Shown here piece by piece: positions 38,701-50,935 of a DNA stretch of 64,000 nt (position 1 is the stretch's first letter; every line of letters begins with the position of its first letter). Both the position numbers and the translations under genes were made by a program. The notes under the pieces are model-generated. The model saw nothing but the letters and a program-made list of their open reading frames with translations. It searched no databases and was not told the DNA's origin. Source of the stretch: Octopus bimaculoides (taxonomy: Eukaryota); NCBI RefSeq assembly GCF_001194135.2, contig NC_068983.1, positions 163,863,968-163,927,967 on the forward strand, in the 5' to 3' direction.

Positions 38701-39334
38701 ATGAACCTTATCAAATATTTTTCTTACTCATTACAAAGATTTAAAAATTTCTAGACTTAGGTAATCAGATATAGTGCCATTTCATTCTTATTAAAAACTG
38801 TCAGTATGACATAACCCGCAGCAACTAAATTAAACATTTTATGAAGCAAATCTTTACTTATAATTGGAAAATATAGCTTAGAAGACTTTCATAGAATGTG
38901 TAGTTTTCCTTTCCTTTTTTTCTTTTTTTTTTAAATATCTGCAGACGTTTGCAGTAATTGACAAATATTCATCATCTTACAGAAGCAACATTTGGTAGGT
39001 ATTGATCAATTGATCTCTTATCTGAAGTATATATTGTGATAAGAAAAACAAATGGTGTCCATAGCAAGATATCTTCTTCAATTAATCTACCAGAGAGGAA
39101 GGAAGGAAATTTGTCTGTGTCTGGGACGTTTTCTATTGATGCAGCAGTGATATTGATACAGCAGACGACCAGTTGATGTCCACCTGCATTATAAGTGCAG
39201 TTACAGAGTTCCAGAAGATTCATATTCTTGGAAGAAAAATGTTTGTAAATATTTACGACAGGGTTTGTAGGATGTGAAACATTATGAATGAGAAGAAAAG
39301 GGTGGATTTAATGGTCCTGGGTGTAGGACTTGTA

Positions 39335-39480
39335 AATGCATGGTCCTTGTACTGGATGCTCTTCCTAATGCCAACAACTTTCCAGAATGTACTGGGTGCT
39401 TTTTACATGACACCAACATCAGTGTTTTCCAGGCAGCACCAGCATGGATGCTTTATACGTGACACAAGCACGGGCACTTT
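39335..39480 (-). mobile_element. Family D repeat, degenerate
   Basis: ctggatgctcttcctaatgccaac..gggtgctttttac. Confidence 0.55.
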
Positions 39481-39774
39481 ATACAGGATAAAGGTAATAG
39501 CAATTCTTACCTCAAAATTCTAAAAGATAGAAACCATGAACATGGAACATAGGAGAGCATTTCTCCAGAAATTCTTCTGCTGCAGACACTAAAAAGTGAG
39601 AGAATTTCAAATGATGACAGAGGTAGGTTTTATGATCATTTCCATCACATTTGTGGTGTTGAAGATGATGGGGGTGGTGGTGGGGGTGGTGGTGATTAGT
39701 AGAGTGAGAAAGGTTGTTCTTATTAAGAATTTGATGTATTGTCACGTATTTCTGTATATATTGGGACAGGTCTT

Positions 39775-39776
<2 letters not shown>

Positions 39777-39848
<72 letters not shown>

Positions 39849-39860
39849 AAGAAAGAGAGA
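39777..39860. repeat. (AG)n microsatellite
   Basis: Directly visible. Confidence 0.95.
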
Positions 39861-41039
39861 GAATGAGGGTGGGATTGTAGCGCTTTGTAAGGACAGATTT
39901 CGACTAGTTTAATCCAGTTAACCCTAAATAATGAGTAGAGTCTTTCAAGTCAATAAAAAGAGGTCTCTTGATAATTGAACAGTTTTGTGAACTAAATTGA
40001 ATTCGTTCAAAGACTAGCATTTGATGAGGAACCAGAGAGCCTGAAAGGTGACATATTGCATGCTTATCTCTTCGTACAAACCTCACTCACGCATTTATCC
40101 ACACACACAGACACACATAGATAGTAGCACAAGATATAAGGAAAGGAAATAATGTTGATTATATTCAATTATTGGTTTTCCAAAACTTGCACAATTCTAA
40201 ATGTTTCAATCTTTATTCATTAGGCGTTATTCTTAGTTTAAGGATGACTTTTAACTCAACTAAATCTATTCTCTCTTTATAGAAGTCAGTTAAACATTCA
40301 GTACTATGTTTGTTTAATTATTTATCTTCTTTTATTTTTATTTTCTGAAATAAATATATTTAGATTTGATTTAAAAAAATAATACGATTTTATTATTCTA
40401 CTTCTTTATTTACATTTTTAATTCACAATATTTCCCTGAAGATTATTGAGTGAAGCTAAATCTGGATATAAGTTTTTTTATTCATCATTTTTCCATTCTT
40501 GAGTACTTATCTAAATATTAACATCAAAATGTTCTAAAGAATTTTTGTCTCAAACACAAAGTTCAAATTACAGTAATGACACTTTTCAATTTTGCACTTA
40601 GACAAAGTGAATGAGTATCTCATTACAAAAAACAAACAAAAAAATTTTTTAGATGGCTCTAAAATTTTAGTAGCTTCTTAAAAGGATATTGGGAGTCGCT
40701 TTCAATTTCTTCTTTGCTTAAATCTAAATTGGTGGATTGTTTATTTTTATATTTTTTATGAAGTTAAATTTAAGCATACTTAATATTTTTATCTTAACTT
40801 TAAATTAAATTTCCTCCATTTTTCCTGACAATAAAATCATTCAGACTTTTTTTCATTTGCACATAAATGTTGATTGATACTTGATAAATGTTTCAATAAA
40901 CTGGTTCCCATGCAATATTTTTGCTTCAAAACCAACTTAGATTGACTTGAAATGTTATTAGTATTGAAATTACAACGTCATAAATATATATAGTCTTATG
41001 ATTATGAAACCAGTCATAGTCCTGAACATAATGCAAATT

Positions 41040-41193
41040 CATTATTTACATTTGACGGATATTTGTCCTCATCTTGCTTGTTGTTAACACAACGTTTCGG
41101 CTGATATACCCTCCAGCCTTCATCATGTATCTTGGGAAAATTTCGAACCTTGGTTATCGTTCCTAAGGTATTTTTCAATGTAATAATAATAAC

Positions 41194-41247
<54 letters not shown>

Positions 41248-41446
41248 TATTATTATTATTATAACTTGAAAAATACCTTAGGAATGAGGACCCAGGTCCA
41301 AAATTTCCCCAAGACATCTGAAGAAGGTTGGAGGGTATATCAGCCAAAACATGTTAACAGCAAACAAAACGAGGACAAATATCTGTCAAATGTAAATAAT
41401 GTAAAAAATGTACATAGTTCCTCATCTCTTAAGTATAGTACTGTAT
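41040..41446. mobile_element. Second head-to-head inverted pair of family G tails around (AAT)n(TTA)n
   Basis: Arms 41040-41181 (minus) and 41267-41446 (plus). Confidence 0.85.
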
Positions 41447-41473
41447 AATCCAACTTGCTTACTTGGCCCTGAA

Positions 41474-41569
<96 letters not shown>

Positions 41570-41572
41570 ATA

Positions 41573-41983
41573 TATATACTTCGTTTTGGGATTTGGTTTT
41601 CAAGATTCTTTATATGAGTTCGTGTGTTGAAGCATATTTTGTTGTGCCTGGGAAGAGTCATTCTCTTTTAGTACCTTATAATTTAACACACTCACCGGTA
41701 AAGTTTCCACTCGTTTTCTTATTCATTTTTCCCAAAAATTTTCGTTGCATCTTGCAAACTTTTCTTTTTGCAGCCTCGTCAATAGTCGTCAACGTCTATT
41801 GAACAGGTGAGGCATAACGTAAATTTTAGAAAAGTAAATAAGTAAATGAGTAGAAATTTTATTGGTGAGCGTGTTAAATAGGCACCAAAAAACAATGACT
41901 CTCCCCAGACACAACTGAATATGCTTCAACACACGGACTTACATAAAGAATCTTGCAAACCAAGTCCAAAAACGAAATATATA
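41573..41983. repeat. Inverted repeat, ~165-bp arms
   Basis: 41573-41744 versus 41818-41983 (e.g. gtgtgttgaagcatatt / aatatgcttcaacacac). Confidence 0.85.
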
Positions 41984-42885
41984 CAAATTATAAAACTAAT
42001 AAAAAACGATATACAGTACAATAGTGTTTCTACTTTGTGGATTTTCACCTACTGCGGGTTTTTTTTTAATGTAACACCTGCAATAGTCAAGGGATTGCTG
42101 TATCTTTGTTATAATCAGAAATGGCTCTGATAAAAAGTAGTTTTAATTTCTTTTGGGCATTCAATTTTTCTTAATCAACCAATTAAATAAACCTATCAGT
42201 AACGTACCTATAATGACTACTGGAAACAGCTGTAAGCCAAATTTACTCTAATAAAGGAAATATATGTAATGATCATTATTTATACATTGTCGTGTATATA
42301 TATNNNNNNNNNNNNNNNNNNNNNNNNNNNNNNNNNNNNNNNNNNNNNNNNNNNNNNNNNNNNNNNNNNNNNNNNNNNNNNNNNNNNNNNNNNNNNNNNN
42401 NNNNNNNNNNNNNNNNNNNNNNNNNNNNNNNNNNNNNNNNNNNNNNNNNNNNNNNNNNNNNNNNNNNNNNNNNNNNNNNNNNNNNNNNNNNNNNNNNNNN
42501 NNNNNNNNNNNNNNNNNNNNNNNNNNNNNNNNNNNNNNNNNNNNNNNNNNNNNNNNNNNNNNNNNNNNNNNNNNNNNNNNNNNNNNNNNNNNNNNNNNNN
42601 NNNNNNNNNNNNNNNNNNNNNNNNNNNNNNNNNNNNNNNNNNNNNNNNNNNNNNNNNNNNNNNNNNNNNNNNNNNNNNNNNNNNNNNNNNNNNNNNNNNN
42701 NNNNNNNNNNNNNNNNNNNNNNNNNNNNNNNNNNNNNNNNNNNNNNNNNNNNNNNNNNNNNNNNNNNNNNNNNNNNNNNNNNNNNNNNNNNNNNNNNNNN
42801 NNNNNNNNNNNNNNNNNNNNNNNNNNNNNNNNNNNNNNNNNNNNNNNNNNNNNNNNNNNNNNNNNNNNNNNNNNNCGTATATATG

Positions 42886-42896
<11 letters not shown>

Positions 42897-42918
<22 letters not shown>

Positions 42919-43137
42919 ATGTGTTTGTGTATCTGTGTTTGTCCCCCCCCAACATCACTTGACAACCGATGCTGGTGTGTTTACGTCCCCGTAACTTAGC
43001 GGTTCGGCAAAAGAGACCGATAGAATAAGTACTAGGCTTGCAAAGAATAAGTCCTGTGGTCGATTTGCTCGATTAAAGGCGGTGCTCCAGCATGGCCACA
43101 GTCAAATGACTGAAACAAGTAAAGGAGTGAAAGAGTA
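42897..43137 (+). mobile_element. SINE family B tail
   Basis: Near-consensus gacaaccgatgctggtgtgtttacgtcccc..ggtgctccagcatggcc. Confidence 0.85.
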
Positions 43138-43372
43138 AGACACTTTATTTCACGTTATTCCCGTCCACTCAGCTGGCAAAAATGAGTTCTACCTGTGTTT
43201 CAAAGGGGGCCAGCCTTGTCATAATCTGTGTCATGCTGAATCTCCCCGAGAACTATGTTAAGGGTACCTGTGTCTGTGGAGCACTCAGCCACTTGCATGA
43301 TAATTTCACGAGCAGGCTGTTCTGTTAATCAGATGGAGTGGAACCCATGTCATCATAAGTGACGGAGTATTG
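43138..43372 (+). mobile_element. SINE family F, 5'-truncated
   Basis: Homologous to 37330-37540. Confidence 0.7.
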
Positions 43373-44407
43373 GTCATATATATATATATATCATCATCAT
43401 CATCATCATCGTTTAACGTCCGCTTTCCATGCTAGCATGGGTTATATATATATATATATAAATTTATAAAAGACACTGAATAGGAGTGCAGACACTAGAA
43501 AGGGCTCAGGGCTCAACATGAGTTTAAAAAATTGCTACAGATGAATTATTTGATATATCAATGGGAGATTGTCAAAAAGATAGAAGATATTGTCTCTGCT
43601 CCCATTTGGTTATTAAAGAGTCCATGGTAGGAAGAATATCCTGTTGTTAAAATAATTTCTCCAATAATATGCCATTCCTCTTAAGGAACCAAGAAAAAAT
43701 GTTAAACAGTGGAAAACAAAAATAGCTAAAAGGTTAAAAGTATTAAACTTTTAGTTTCTCTTCTATGGAAATATTCTGGTAAATGTCAAAGTAGAAGTAT
43801 CATTGAATGAGAATATCTATTTCTGCCAGTCAGAATTCTCTGTATTGGAGTTTTATTTTTTTTTTTATTTTTTTTTTTTATGGAATTCTATCATCTCAGT
43901 TTTATAAATCACCTCATCAATCGCTTTGCCCAGCCACTTCTTTTTATCTTTGCCAATTCTACTTACAGATAAATTGGATAAGATTAAATGGTTTTCTTAA
44001 TGCAAAAAGTATCACCAGTATTGGAAAATAAAACACACCTGCAAATCTTCAGGTGTAAATTAAGTACCTGAGGCTTAGTTTGAGCAGATAAAATGTAATG
44101 TCATCATTTTGTTGGATTTTAATTCTGAACGAAAGGTGGAAGCAAGTGAACATGAACTTCAGAATTCCAATGTTTGAGAATTATTTATACAAATATTGGT
44201 TCTTAACAGACTTTAACGTCTCAAATTTTCATGTTAATCATTGTCACTTCTCCTTGTATATGACTGGTACATTATCTAATCAACAGTAAAGTCAATCTTT
44301 GTAAGATTTGAACTTACAGCATACAGATATGCAAATGAATAGCACATGGTATAGTTTGTCCATCACTCTACAGATTATGTCAAAATGATTTCCAAATAAA
44401 CTGAGTA

Positions 44408-44650
44408 CGGGGATACCTCACAGTATGAGTTTAATTCGTTCCATGACCGAGCTCGTCTTATGATTTATTCGTTTAACAAATCAATTTTCCTCATTTAAAT
44501 TAACTAAAATATAATTAATCCGTTCCAGCCCCACAAAACAACTCAAAAATAATTTTTTTATGGGTTTTAAAACAGAAAAGGTCTAGTTACAAGTAAAATG
44601 ACAATTATAAAAAAAGAGAATGCAAAAGAAATATGTAAACTGGTTTTATT
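44408..44650 (+). mobile_element. Terminal fragment of a Tigger/pogo-like DNA transposon or MITE
   Basis: TA followed by cggggatacctc..gagtttaattcgttcc..gagctcgt resembles pogo/Tigger ends as recalled; no partner TIR seen. Confidence 0.45.
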
Positions 44651-44721
44651 AACTAAATTGCCTTAAAGATGGGATGATTTGTGTTCTCATAATGTGGATT
44701 TCCACTCATACTTCAAGACAA

Positions 44722-44927
44722 AAATTTGTCTGTGTTTGTCCCCCACCACCATTGCTTGACAACCGATCTTAGTGTGTTTCCATCCCTGTAATTTAGCAGT
44801 TTAGCAAAAGAGACTGATAGAAGAAGTATTAAGCTTAAAAGAATGAGTCCTGGGGTCAATTTGTTTGACTAAAGGTGGTGCTCCAGCATGGATGCCGTCA
44901 AAGGACTGAAACAAATAAAAGAATAAA
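44722..44927 (+). mobile_element. SINE family B tail
   Basis: ttgcttgacaaccga..ggtgctccagcatgg. Confidence 0.8.
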
Positions 44928-45400
44928 GTTCCCCAAACTTTTCCCTACCTATTTTAATTCTGGTCATTATCCTGTCAGCACATCCTCCCTCACTGCTGAT
45001 CGGGTCATCTTTTCTGAACATAGCTCATCTTTGGTAGGCTACAATGTGTATAAAATGCTGTGTAGGCTTATACGTATTGCTTCATGGAGATCAGGAATAA
45101 CTTGGGAGATTATGAAACAGTGATTTGCATAATATGGAGAAATAGTTGGAAGAATTAATAAAATGAGAGACAATTTGAAAGGGATAAAGGAATCAGGAGA
45201 GATTATTATTGGATTCTGGCTCAAGATTTAAAGAAGAGAGAACTTATAAATCAAAGCTAACGAGGTACACTTTGACATAAACATATTATGAGTGGGAATG
45301 GTTGTCTTCCTGGAATCTTTCAATGACCTTCATGATTTCTTTTCAACTTTTCTTATTTGGAAGGCTATACATTAAAAATACCTGTTTTTTAGGGAAAAAC

Positions 45401-45600
45401 ATCATCATCATCATCATCATCCTCATCATCATCATCTCCATCATTGTCATTGTCGTCGTCATTGTATTTCTTTTTGAATCCCTCCTCCTCTTCTTCTTCT
45501 TCTTCTTCTTCTTCTTCTTCTTCTTCTTCTTCTTCTTCTTCTTCTTCTTCTTCTTCCACCTCCTCCTCCTCCTCCACTTCCTCACCACCACCACCACCAT
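45401..45600. repeat. (CAT)n, (CTT)n and (CCA)n microsatellites
   Basis: Directly visible. Confidence 0.95.
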
Positions 45601-45940
45601 CGTTGCCAGTGTCGCCTTACCGGCACAGGTGCTGGTGGCACGTAAAAAACAACATTCGAACGTGGTCATTGCCAGTGCTGCCGGGCTGGCTCCCGTGCAG
45701 GTAGCATGTAAACAGCACCTTTTGAGCGTGGTCGTCTCCAGTACTGCCTGACTGGCCCGCGTGCTGGTGTCACGTAAAAAAGCAGCCACTACACTCTCGG
45801 AGTGTTTGGTGTTAGGAAGGGCATCCAGCTGTAGAAACTCTGCCTGGTGCAGCCTCCTGGCTTGCCAGTTCTCAGTCAAACCGTCCAACCCATGCTAGCA
45901 TGGAAAGCGGTCATTAAACGCCGACGTTGATGATGATGAT
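45600..45940 (+). mobile_element. Family D repeat
   Basis: Internal units plus ccaacccatgctagcatggaaagcgg tail. Confidence 0.85.
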
Positions 45941-46171
45941 GTTACGAATCATGTTGGTTGTCTCAATCAGAGCTAATCTGAGGCTAAACATTAACAATGA
46001 TGACACGATCTCAGAACTACTACGGACTTTAAATGTGAAACCCACTGCAATGCTGTCAGTGGAATTAATAGTTCAAGAGGTTGCCATTAATTAGCAGTTC
46101 CCTTAATCATTCTAACATCCTGTCATAGATTAGACAAATCCGTAGCAAATATTCTGCTGAGCCAAACGTTT

Positions 46172-46431
46172 TGCACCATTTCCTATCCACAAGTCACTTT
46201 CTGTACTCGCAACGCTTCATAAGCCAAGAAGAGTTGGAAACTTCAGTGAAGGAGTTCTTCCCCTTGCAGAACAAGAACTGGTCTCAGCATGAGATCAAAG
46301 AACTGGCAGAAAGGTGGCTTCAGACAGCGCAGCACGTTGGCCCCTACTTTGAACTCCAGACTGCTTTTGTTGCAATTTGACAAAATAAATAAGTTACCAA
46401 AACATTGCAAAGCATTTGACCTAACACAATA
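46172..46431 (+). mobile_element. Mariner 3' fragment with TIR
   Basis: ..FISQEELETSVKEFF..WSQHEIKELAERWLQT.QH.G.YFE fits the mariner C-terminus; ends ttgacctaacacaata. Confidence 0.75.
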
Positions 46432-46464
46432 AATCTCCATTTATTAAATAATCCTTTCTAATAT

Positions 46465-46666
46465 AGGCAGAAGGCCTGGAATTTGTGGGGAAGGGGATAG
46501 TCGATTACATTGACCTCAGTACTTGACTGGTACTTGATTTATTGACCCCAAAAGGATGAAAGGTAAAGTTGACCTCAGAGCGGAATTTGAATTCAGAATG
46601 TAATGACGGGTGAAATACCGCTAAGCATTTTGTCCGGCTCGCTAACGACTCTGCCAGCTTACCGCC
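46465..46666 (-). mobile_element. SINE family A
   Basis: Full head (ctgccagcttaccgcct) and central domain. Confidence 0.85.
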
Positions 46667-47365
46667 TTTCTCCCTTTATTCCATAATAATTAATAAAATA
46701 GACAACAGAAACAATTAATTTGTTTTCAGCTGTTGAAATTTTCTATGGTTTTTGTTGAATATGTTGCTTCAAGAGATGTATGGAGTTGTAGGGCCTTTGC
46801 CCTTATGAGATGTATCCATGTTAGTTTGCCTAACAGAGTCTACCTTTCTCTGAACACGTTAAGAAATACTTTGAGTAACACATCAAACTAGCCATTAATT
46901 TAATGTCTTAAATCGGTGAATGTTTCTCACCATCTTAGGATTATTGTTTAATGAAAAGGTTTCATAAGACTGGAAAACATATGCATGTGTCCTAGTATTT
47001 ACCTAAAATCAAACAATTTGACACTCTGAATTTTTTTTATCAATCTTGACTTCAGAGTGGTCTCCCTTGCCTCTCATGATAACTATTATCATTAACGTTA
47101 GTAATTATTCTCTTGGTTATGGATATAATTCTAATTGATTAGATATATTGTTTTTGTTGACTCCATTAAATATGTCAGCTTCCACCCTTCACACTTCACC
47201 AATTAAACACTTGCCAACTGAGCAAAACATCATCAACCTCCAGCTGTAGCAAGGCCACTTGAGAATTATGCATCTTGTGACGGATGGGTTAAATTCTGTT
47301 GGCATTTGAAATTGGTCGTTAAAATATTCCCACAAGTAAATATAACCACAACACACAGACACACG

Positions 47366-47414
<49 letters not shown>

Positions 47415-48877
47415 ACATACACAAACGCACACTGAGATGAACATGCTCACAGACACGCACACACACTCATAGCTCATAGATGCACAGTCACATACAGAGG
47501 TCCGTTTGTAGGCAGATGGACACAAACATCACAGATATGTTGGTATCATATTAAAAGTAAAGATTAGTGGCTATCTTTTCCATCAAAATGTCACAATGTC
47601 ATCCTATAAAAGGGAATTAAAATTAAGTTGATAACAAAATGGCAATAAATTATCAGAAAAGTAATTTGAATCTCTAAGATGGAATGGTATTACACTGTGA
47701 ACTCTGTGTTAATTGGATATTCCAGCAACGTATTATATCATGAAGGGAATGCCTTACCAGAGAGGAGAAACATCATATAAATTTATTTCTGTACTCTTTT
47801 TTTTTTTATCCTATCAATGTAGAAACCAGTTTCCTCTTCAGTAATGAAAACAATATCTTAAATAATTTACAATGTCTGTTTTTCCTGTTGTATCAGATTC
47901 TATTCATAACTTGTCATTCTGTCATGTTTAATTCGAAATAGGAAATGGAAAAAAAATCTTGTAGCAATCATTTCATTTAATTAAGTACACGGCTAGTTTT
48001 CTTGTGGAAGCTGTAACAGGTCAATTCAGTAATTTATATGTTAGCGTTACAACTGTGTAGTCATGAGAGCATCTCTATACATTCGATTCTCAAAGTGACC
48101 TCTAGTTATAAATAGGTGCCATGACATGGTACAGAACTGCTGAACTTTGCTTGACTGTCTTGTTCCAGATCATCAGTTCCCACTCTGGAATCTACAAACA
48201 CCTGGGATCTGTGAGGAACTGTATTTGAAATTTCAAAGAACTGCAGCATGAAATACGCCTTGTTAAATATAATTCTTCAGTTAATTTATTTGAGAAATGA
48301 AACTTGGAAAACGAATTAGTTGTTACTTAAAAACATGAACTTACCAAATAGACCTTTCAAAAACCTGGGGTCCTTATAAATTAAAGTGGCTCCTAGTTGT
48401 GGAAAAGTTGAAAACTTTTGCTTTAGATAAAGAACTTCAGAATGAATTCATTATATCCAGCTTTAAGGGATGTGCAGTGGTGGATGCAGGGTGTTGCCCT
48501 AGTTGCCCGGGTAACACCCATTTTAGCTGCACTGTTGTAAATATAATAACATTGTTATTTTATTTCCAGCAGCTTCCCAGCAATACACTTGCCTATGGAT
48601 ATGGTCTGCTACAACAAAGTTAGAATATATTAAAATGGTTATGAATTGCAATTCCCACATTGTATAGTATATTTTTGAAACTTTTGTGCAACACCCAAAA
48701 CAAAAAGTCTTGGATCCCCTCCTGATATGTGAGTAATTTTGTGAACCAAGTGTTATGAAGGAACCAAGTTTCAGAGCCCTACTGATTCTAACTTTGATAA
48801 ATGTCAAAAACTTAACTAAGAAGCAACTGAAATCAAAACAGTTGGATTATGTTTTGGTACGACATTACAGAAACTGG

Positions 48878-49070
48878 TTTCACATTTTGGCACAAGGCTG
48901 GTAATTTTGGAGATGAGGATTAAATCTGATAGATCAATCCTAGTGCTAAAGTAGCATGTATTTTATCGACCCCGAGACAAAGCTGACCTTGGCGGAATTT
49001 GGACTTGGAATGTACAGGCAGATAAAATGCCACCAAACATTTCATCTGGCATGCTAATGGTTCTGAGATT
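48878..49070 (-). mobile_element. SINE family A, degenerate
   Basis: ttttatcgacccc..gaccttggcggaattt. Confidence 0.65.
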
Positions 49071-49489
49071 ACCGTTTACAGAAGTTAGATCACATTCAAC
49101 GTTTTGATAATAAAACATATAAAAGTGAAATAAGGAAAGTTAGAAACAATTTTGGGGCGAAATACTAAATTGTTGCATTGAATCAGAAATATTGATTTGT
49201 CTCTTTGGAAACGGGGCACTCAGCTGATTAAATCGATCTGAGTATATTGACAAATTTATTTATATTATTGGTTCTGGAAAGATTGGAGACAAAGTCTGTC
49301 CTTAAAGACATTTCAGTTCAGAATGTAGAGGAGCTTTGGTTATAAACACTGAACACATTTGGTTGAACTCCAACCAAAACATTCTTCAACCCTTTTAGAA
49401 ATGATGACATATTGATTGTTAACATTTGAGACAAGATCTCACATTTAGTTCAAGACCTTTCATTTGAGACAAGATGAAACATAGAATTG

Positions 49490-49745
49490 AGTTTAATGCT
49501 TGGTATTATTCCATCCCACCGCCTCAGTAATGAATGGAATTAATTTTACCAAATGTGCTGGTGCCATGTATATAACACTGGGAATGGTGCCATGTAAAAA
49601 GCACTCGGTACAATTTGGTATTAGGAAGGGCATCCAACCATGCCAAAACAGACAAGGGCCTGGTGCAGGTCTCTGCCGGGCCAGCTCCTATCAAAATGTC
49701 TAATCGATGCCAGCATGGAAAACGAATGTTAAATGATGATGATGA
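49490..49745 (+). mobile_element. Family D repeat, degenerate
   Basis: taggaagggcatcca..cagcatggaaaacgaatgttaaatgatgat. Confidence 0.65.
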
Positions 49746-50128
49746 CATTGTAGGGTAGGTGTGTGTTGTAGCGAAATGGGACACCCCTTCCCACGTGGCA
49801 AAATGGTATGAGGTATTCACTACAAAGTCAGACAGTCAGTCGTTGTAGGAGGACAATAGTAGTAGAATCGTTGTATGAGTTCTCAGTTGGAGTCAGTGCC
49901 AGTTATGTGAAATATAAGAGTCTGAGTTACCGTCAAGGTAGACGTTTCAAAGTCATTGTCTTGCGGTGCTGTCATCAATAACAGGATAGACGCATCAAAG
50001 ATGAAAAAACGAGGATCACCGCTACAATGTAATAGTGGCGACAATAATATACAAGTAGACGAGGATCCACATTACAACAGGGTGAGAAGTCAGATCTGGA
50101 CAATTTGAATATACAACAGGTAGTACAT

Positions 50129-50623
50129 TATTTATATTTGACGGATATTTGTCCTCATCTTGTTTGTTGTTAACACAACGTTTCGGCTGATATAGCCTCC
50201 AGCTTTCATCTGGTGTCTTGGGAGAAATTTCGAACCTGGATTCTCATTCCTAAGGTATGTTTTGATGTTATTATCATTATTATTATTATCATTAATATCA
50301 TTATTAATATTATTATTATTATTGAGTGAGAGAGCACTGCATGCCATCAAAATGACACTGGGGTAAAATATACGAAGCCCAATATACCCATCATGACTAC
50401 CCGTCTGATAAGGGTACACCAGGCACATGCATCACAATCATATGTACGCGACATAATGATCTCATATCAAGATAAATAGCGCATGACCACGCATATTATT
50501 ATTATTAACATTATTATTAATATTATTATTATTAATATTATTATTATTATTATTCAGGTCACTGCCTGGAATCGAACTCGGAATCTTGGGGTTAGTAGCT
50601 CTTAACCACTACGCCATATGCCC
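50129..50623 (-). mobile_element. Family G full architecture (tRNA-like head, (AAT)n, hammerhead-type tail) with a nested insert
   Basis: Head gggcatatggcgtagtggttaagagc..gagttcgattcc (A and B boxes) at 50551-50623; tail at 50129-50260; insert at 50324-50494. Confidence 0.85.
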
Positions 50624-50814
50624 TGGATACAGCCAGTTTAAACACTAAATGTTGACTAACTTCTGCAAAGAAACTATTATCATCTCCAACTGCATTTATC
50701 TTTCCAAACGAACAGCTGTCTTCAGAGAAGCAGATTCCTATTAAGTCAGATGTTGCGTTACATCACCCCAAGGTCAATAAAACGACTACATTGGTTTCAT
50801 TTCACCTGATGATG

Positions 50815-50935
50815 TGAAATCACATGGCCTAGCAGTTAGGATGTTGCACTCATGACCGGCAGATCATGAGTTCAATTCCTGGATTGAGCAACATGTTTTC
50901 TTGATACAAACACTTCTTTACCTGTTGCTCTAATG
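50815..50935 (+). mobile_element. tRNA-derived SINE head (E/F type)
   Basis: tggcctagcagttagg..gagttcaattcc. Confidence 0.55.

Noticed and set aside
50551-50623. Possible tRNA genes here and at 58866, 37245 and 63066
   Set aside because: A and B boxes are present but no complete cloverleaf, and each continues into a SINE body.
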